Positions 62,015-64,000 of a stretch of DNA of 64,000 bases are shown here, piece after piece. Location of the stretch: positions 186,001-250,000 of the forward strand of contig QPGO01000057.1 of assembly GCA_008632985.1 (NCBI GenBank). The letters are read 5' to 3'. The notes below the pieces were generated by a model that saw nothing but the letters and a program-made list of their open reading frames with translations, searched no databases and had not been told where the DNA came from. This stretch comes from Psammoneis japonica (taxonomy: Eukaryota). Numbering within the stretch: position 1 is the stretch's first letter; each line of letters begins with the position of its first letter. A program made the position numbers and the translations under genes.

Positions 62015-63060
62015 GGATGCAGGATAATGTACTGTAAACAATGAGTACCCTTTTAGAGACTACAGTGATCTTGCTACAGTACACGATGGCAACATATGTT
62101 TGACTGGTTTTCTACCTGTGATGTAGAAGGGAAATGAATGACTCTGTTGTATTGGCAACACTCAACACGCCTCAAGAACTAGACTATGACCTGGATAACT
62201 TTTGAAATAAGCAATGAGTACCCGTTTAGAGACTAGCTTGACAGTGCTGTAGTACACGGTGACCTAACATCTTAGATTAGCTCTCTACCGGTGACTTCTT
62301 AGCTAGGGAGGAGATCTGCCACTGTATCGGCAACGCCGATCACGCTTCAGGAACTATGACACCTCAGCATCTGTGATCCTCTTGAAAAAAAAAAAAAACA
62401 GGATGATGTACAGAAAACAACGAGTGCCCTCTAGACTACAGTAACACATAGTAGGGATATGCATCATGCTCTATCTAGTATTAAATTAGAATAACTCTTT
62501 GTTTCTCTCTACTCTAGAAAGAGGAGCTGCAACTCAATTTGACTCTACTAGCCCTAGAGACTTGAAGTAGTAGGGCATAGTCTAGCTAGAGAGAAGCCGG
62601 AACCCCAACTGGTTTTTGTTCTGTCGTTTTTTGGCTCTGACATTGTCAAAATTTAATCCACAAATTCATGATGACACAATGTCTAGGATTAGGTATATAC
62701 AGGCGATTTCTTATCTAGAAAGGAGATATCTCTGTTGTATCACCAACGCTCAGCACGCCTCAAGAAGGATTACAAAAGACCTTAGCGGATCTAACGTGCA
62801 GTAGCAATGATACCCTCTTTAGCTAGATTACACTATCAAATAGCAGGGATATGCATAGTGCTCTTTCTAGTATTAAATCACAATAACTCTCTAGTTTCTT
62901 TCTACTCTAGAGATAGGAGCTAAAACTCAATTACTAGAGTGTAGTAGGTCTCTACTCTAGACCGGACCCCAACTACTGCGGTTTTTTGTTGTTGTCTCGG
63001 TTTTTTGTTCCTGTTCTGTCGTTTTTTGGCTCTGGCATTTTCAAAATTTAATCTACATAT
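62015..63060. repeat. Diverged TA/CTAG-rich local tandem repeats
   Basis: tgacctggataacttttgaa..aatgagtaccc.tttagagacta at ~62016 and ~62187; gggatatgcat..tgctct.tctagtattaaat...ttctgtcgttttttggctctg at ~62455-62640 and ~62846-63035. Confidence 0.8.
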
Positions 63061-63896
63061 TCATACTATTAGAAGGGGCTCGCTAATTGGGATTGAGTCT
63101 CTGCGTACAATGCATGTAGGATGTACTGAGTAATCGGACATTAATGACTTATATATGTATAAAAATATTTGTCTACGTGGATAACAATTATGAATGTCTT
63201 TTCCACACAACTTTATTACCAGAAAGTACGCATGTAGGTACAATACCAATCCCGAAATTCACGAATATTTCATGGTCAACGGGTATGTATACTATTAGAC
63301 CACGCACGTGGTCCCGCTGTAGATTTCTGTCAACTCAACCGTCACGGTACTGAGCGACCGTAAATTCCACACAGCCGCGATCTCCGCACTGCGAGCGTGA
63401 ATGAAAGGCACAAGCGCGAAGCATCGTCTCTCGCTTCATCCCGCAAAAGCAAGAACGGCCTGGATCGTTCTTGTCTGTATTGTCCTCATTATCCTTGCAC
63501 CCCTCCCCACGATTTGACAAGCTCCTTTTTCCCATAATCTTCCCTTGTATCTTTTGTTACAAGGATTGATCGTCGTCTCAAATGAAATTGAAAAGTGATG
63601 GTACGTAGTCGATATATGAGCGGCGCACATATGGTAGTCATTCATCATGGCGCTCGGTAGATTCAACGGTCCCGGGTCTCAGTCATGAAGTGAAACAAAT
63701 GACACTCACTCGCCCTCTCTACGCTCCTGTTTTCTTTTTAGTTTAAACTAAGTCGTGTCTCATGCTCACCTCAGGCTCCCATCAAGGGGCATCCGGAAAA
63801 GGACAAGCTTGACTATGGCCGCAGCAGCAGTAGCAACAGCAACAACAAGGCTTCGCGGCAACAGAATCATCAAGACGTCGTTATGTGGGCCGAAGG

Positions 63897-64000
63897 ATGA
63901 ATCAGGTAGAGCCAAACACTACTACTACATCATCCAGACCTCACGACGCTCCCATGTCAAAGAGTGATTTGTACTTTGCGTTGGATTGTGAAATGGTGGG
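63897..64000 (+). CDS. 5' part of DEDDh RNA exonuclease (REX1/REX4-like), truncated by window end; start uncertain
   Basis: Open frame ending ...MSKSDLYFALDCEMVG, the Exo I motif of the REX family. Confidence 0.7.
   Translation, partial: MNQVEPNTTTTSSRPHDAPMSKSDLYFALDCEMV

Overview
Eukaryotic nuclear DNA, almost certainly a diatom. The evidence is a plastid GS-II with a signal peptide plus an 'SAFAP' (ASAFAP-type) motif, short GT-AG introns and a CoDi-type copia element. Gene islands of normal composition (radical-SAM-like, GS-II, AP-3 sigma, BI-1/lifeguard, SKI3-like, ChaN-methyltransferase fusion, eRF3, NIPA, RMDN, two secreted 2OG-Fe dioxygenases, ATP-grasp, SGNH esterase) alternate with three blocks of repeat/TE-derived DNA (~7.4-18.3 kb, ~37.7-40.9 kb, ~49.4-60.0 kb; roughly 25 kb). 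In these blocks TpA is almost absent, CpG is strongly reduced, and TpG/CpA are abundant. Comparing a normal copy (48.7-49.05 kb) with an in-block copy (52.3-52.7 kb) of the same sequence, together with the Tyr->Cys/His pattern in conserved copia motifs, indicates directed A->G (T->C) hypermutation at TpA, mostly 5'-TAY->TGY on both strands, superimposed on CpG->TpG decay. This looks like a RIP-analogous, region-targeted genome-defence system, but with the opposite effect to fungal RIP (it destroys TpA instead of creating it). It is the main candidate novel system here; its mechanism is inferred, not seen. Other points: a young MITE inside the copia pol that has largely escaped the process, and twin near-identical introns around a 14-nt micro-exon in GS-II. 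Dinucleotide statements are by-eye estimates, not computed counts.
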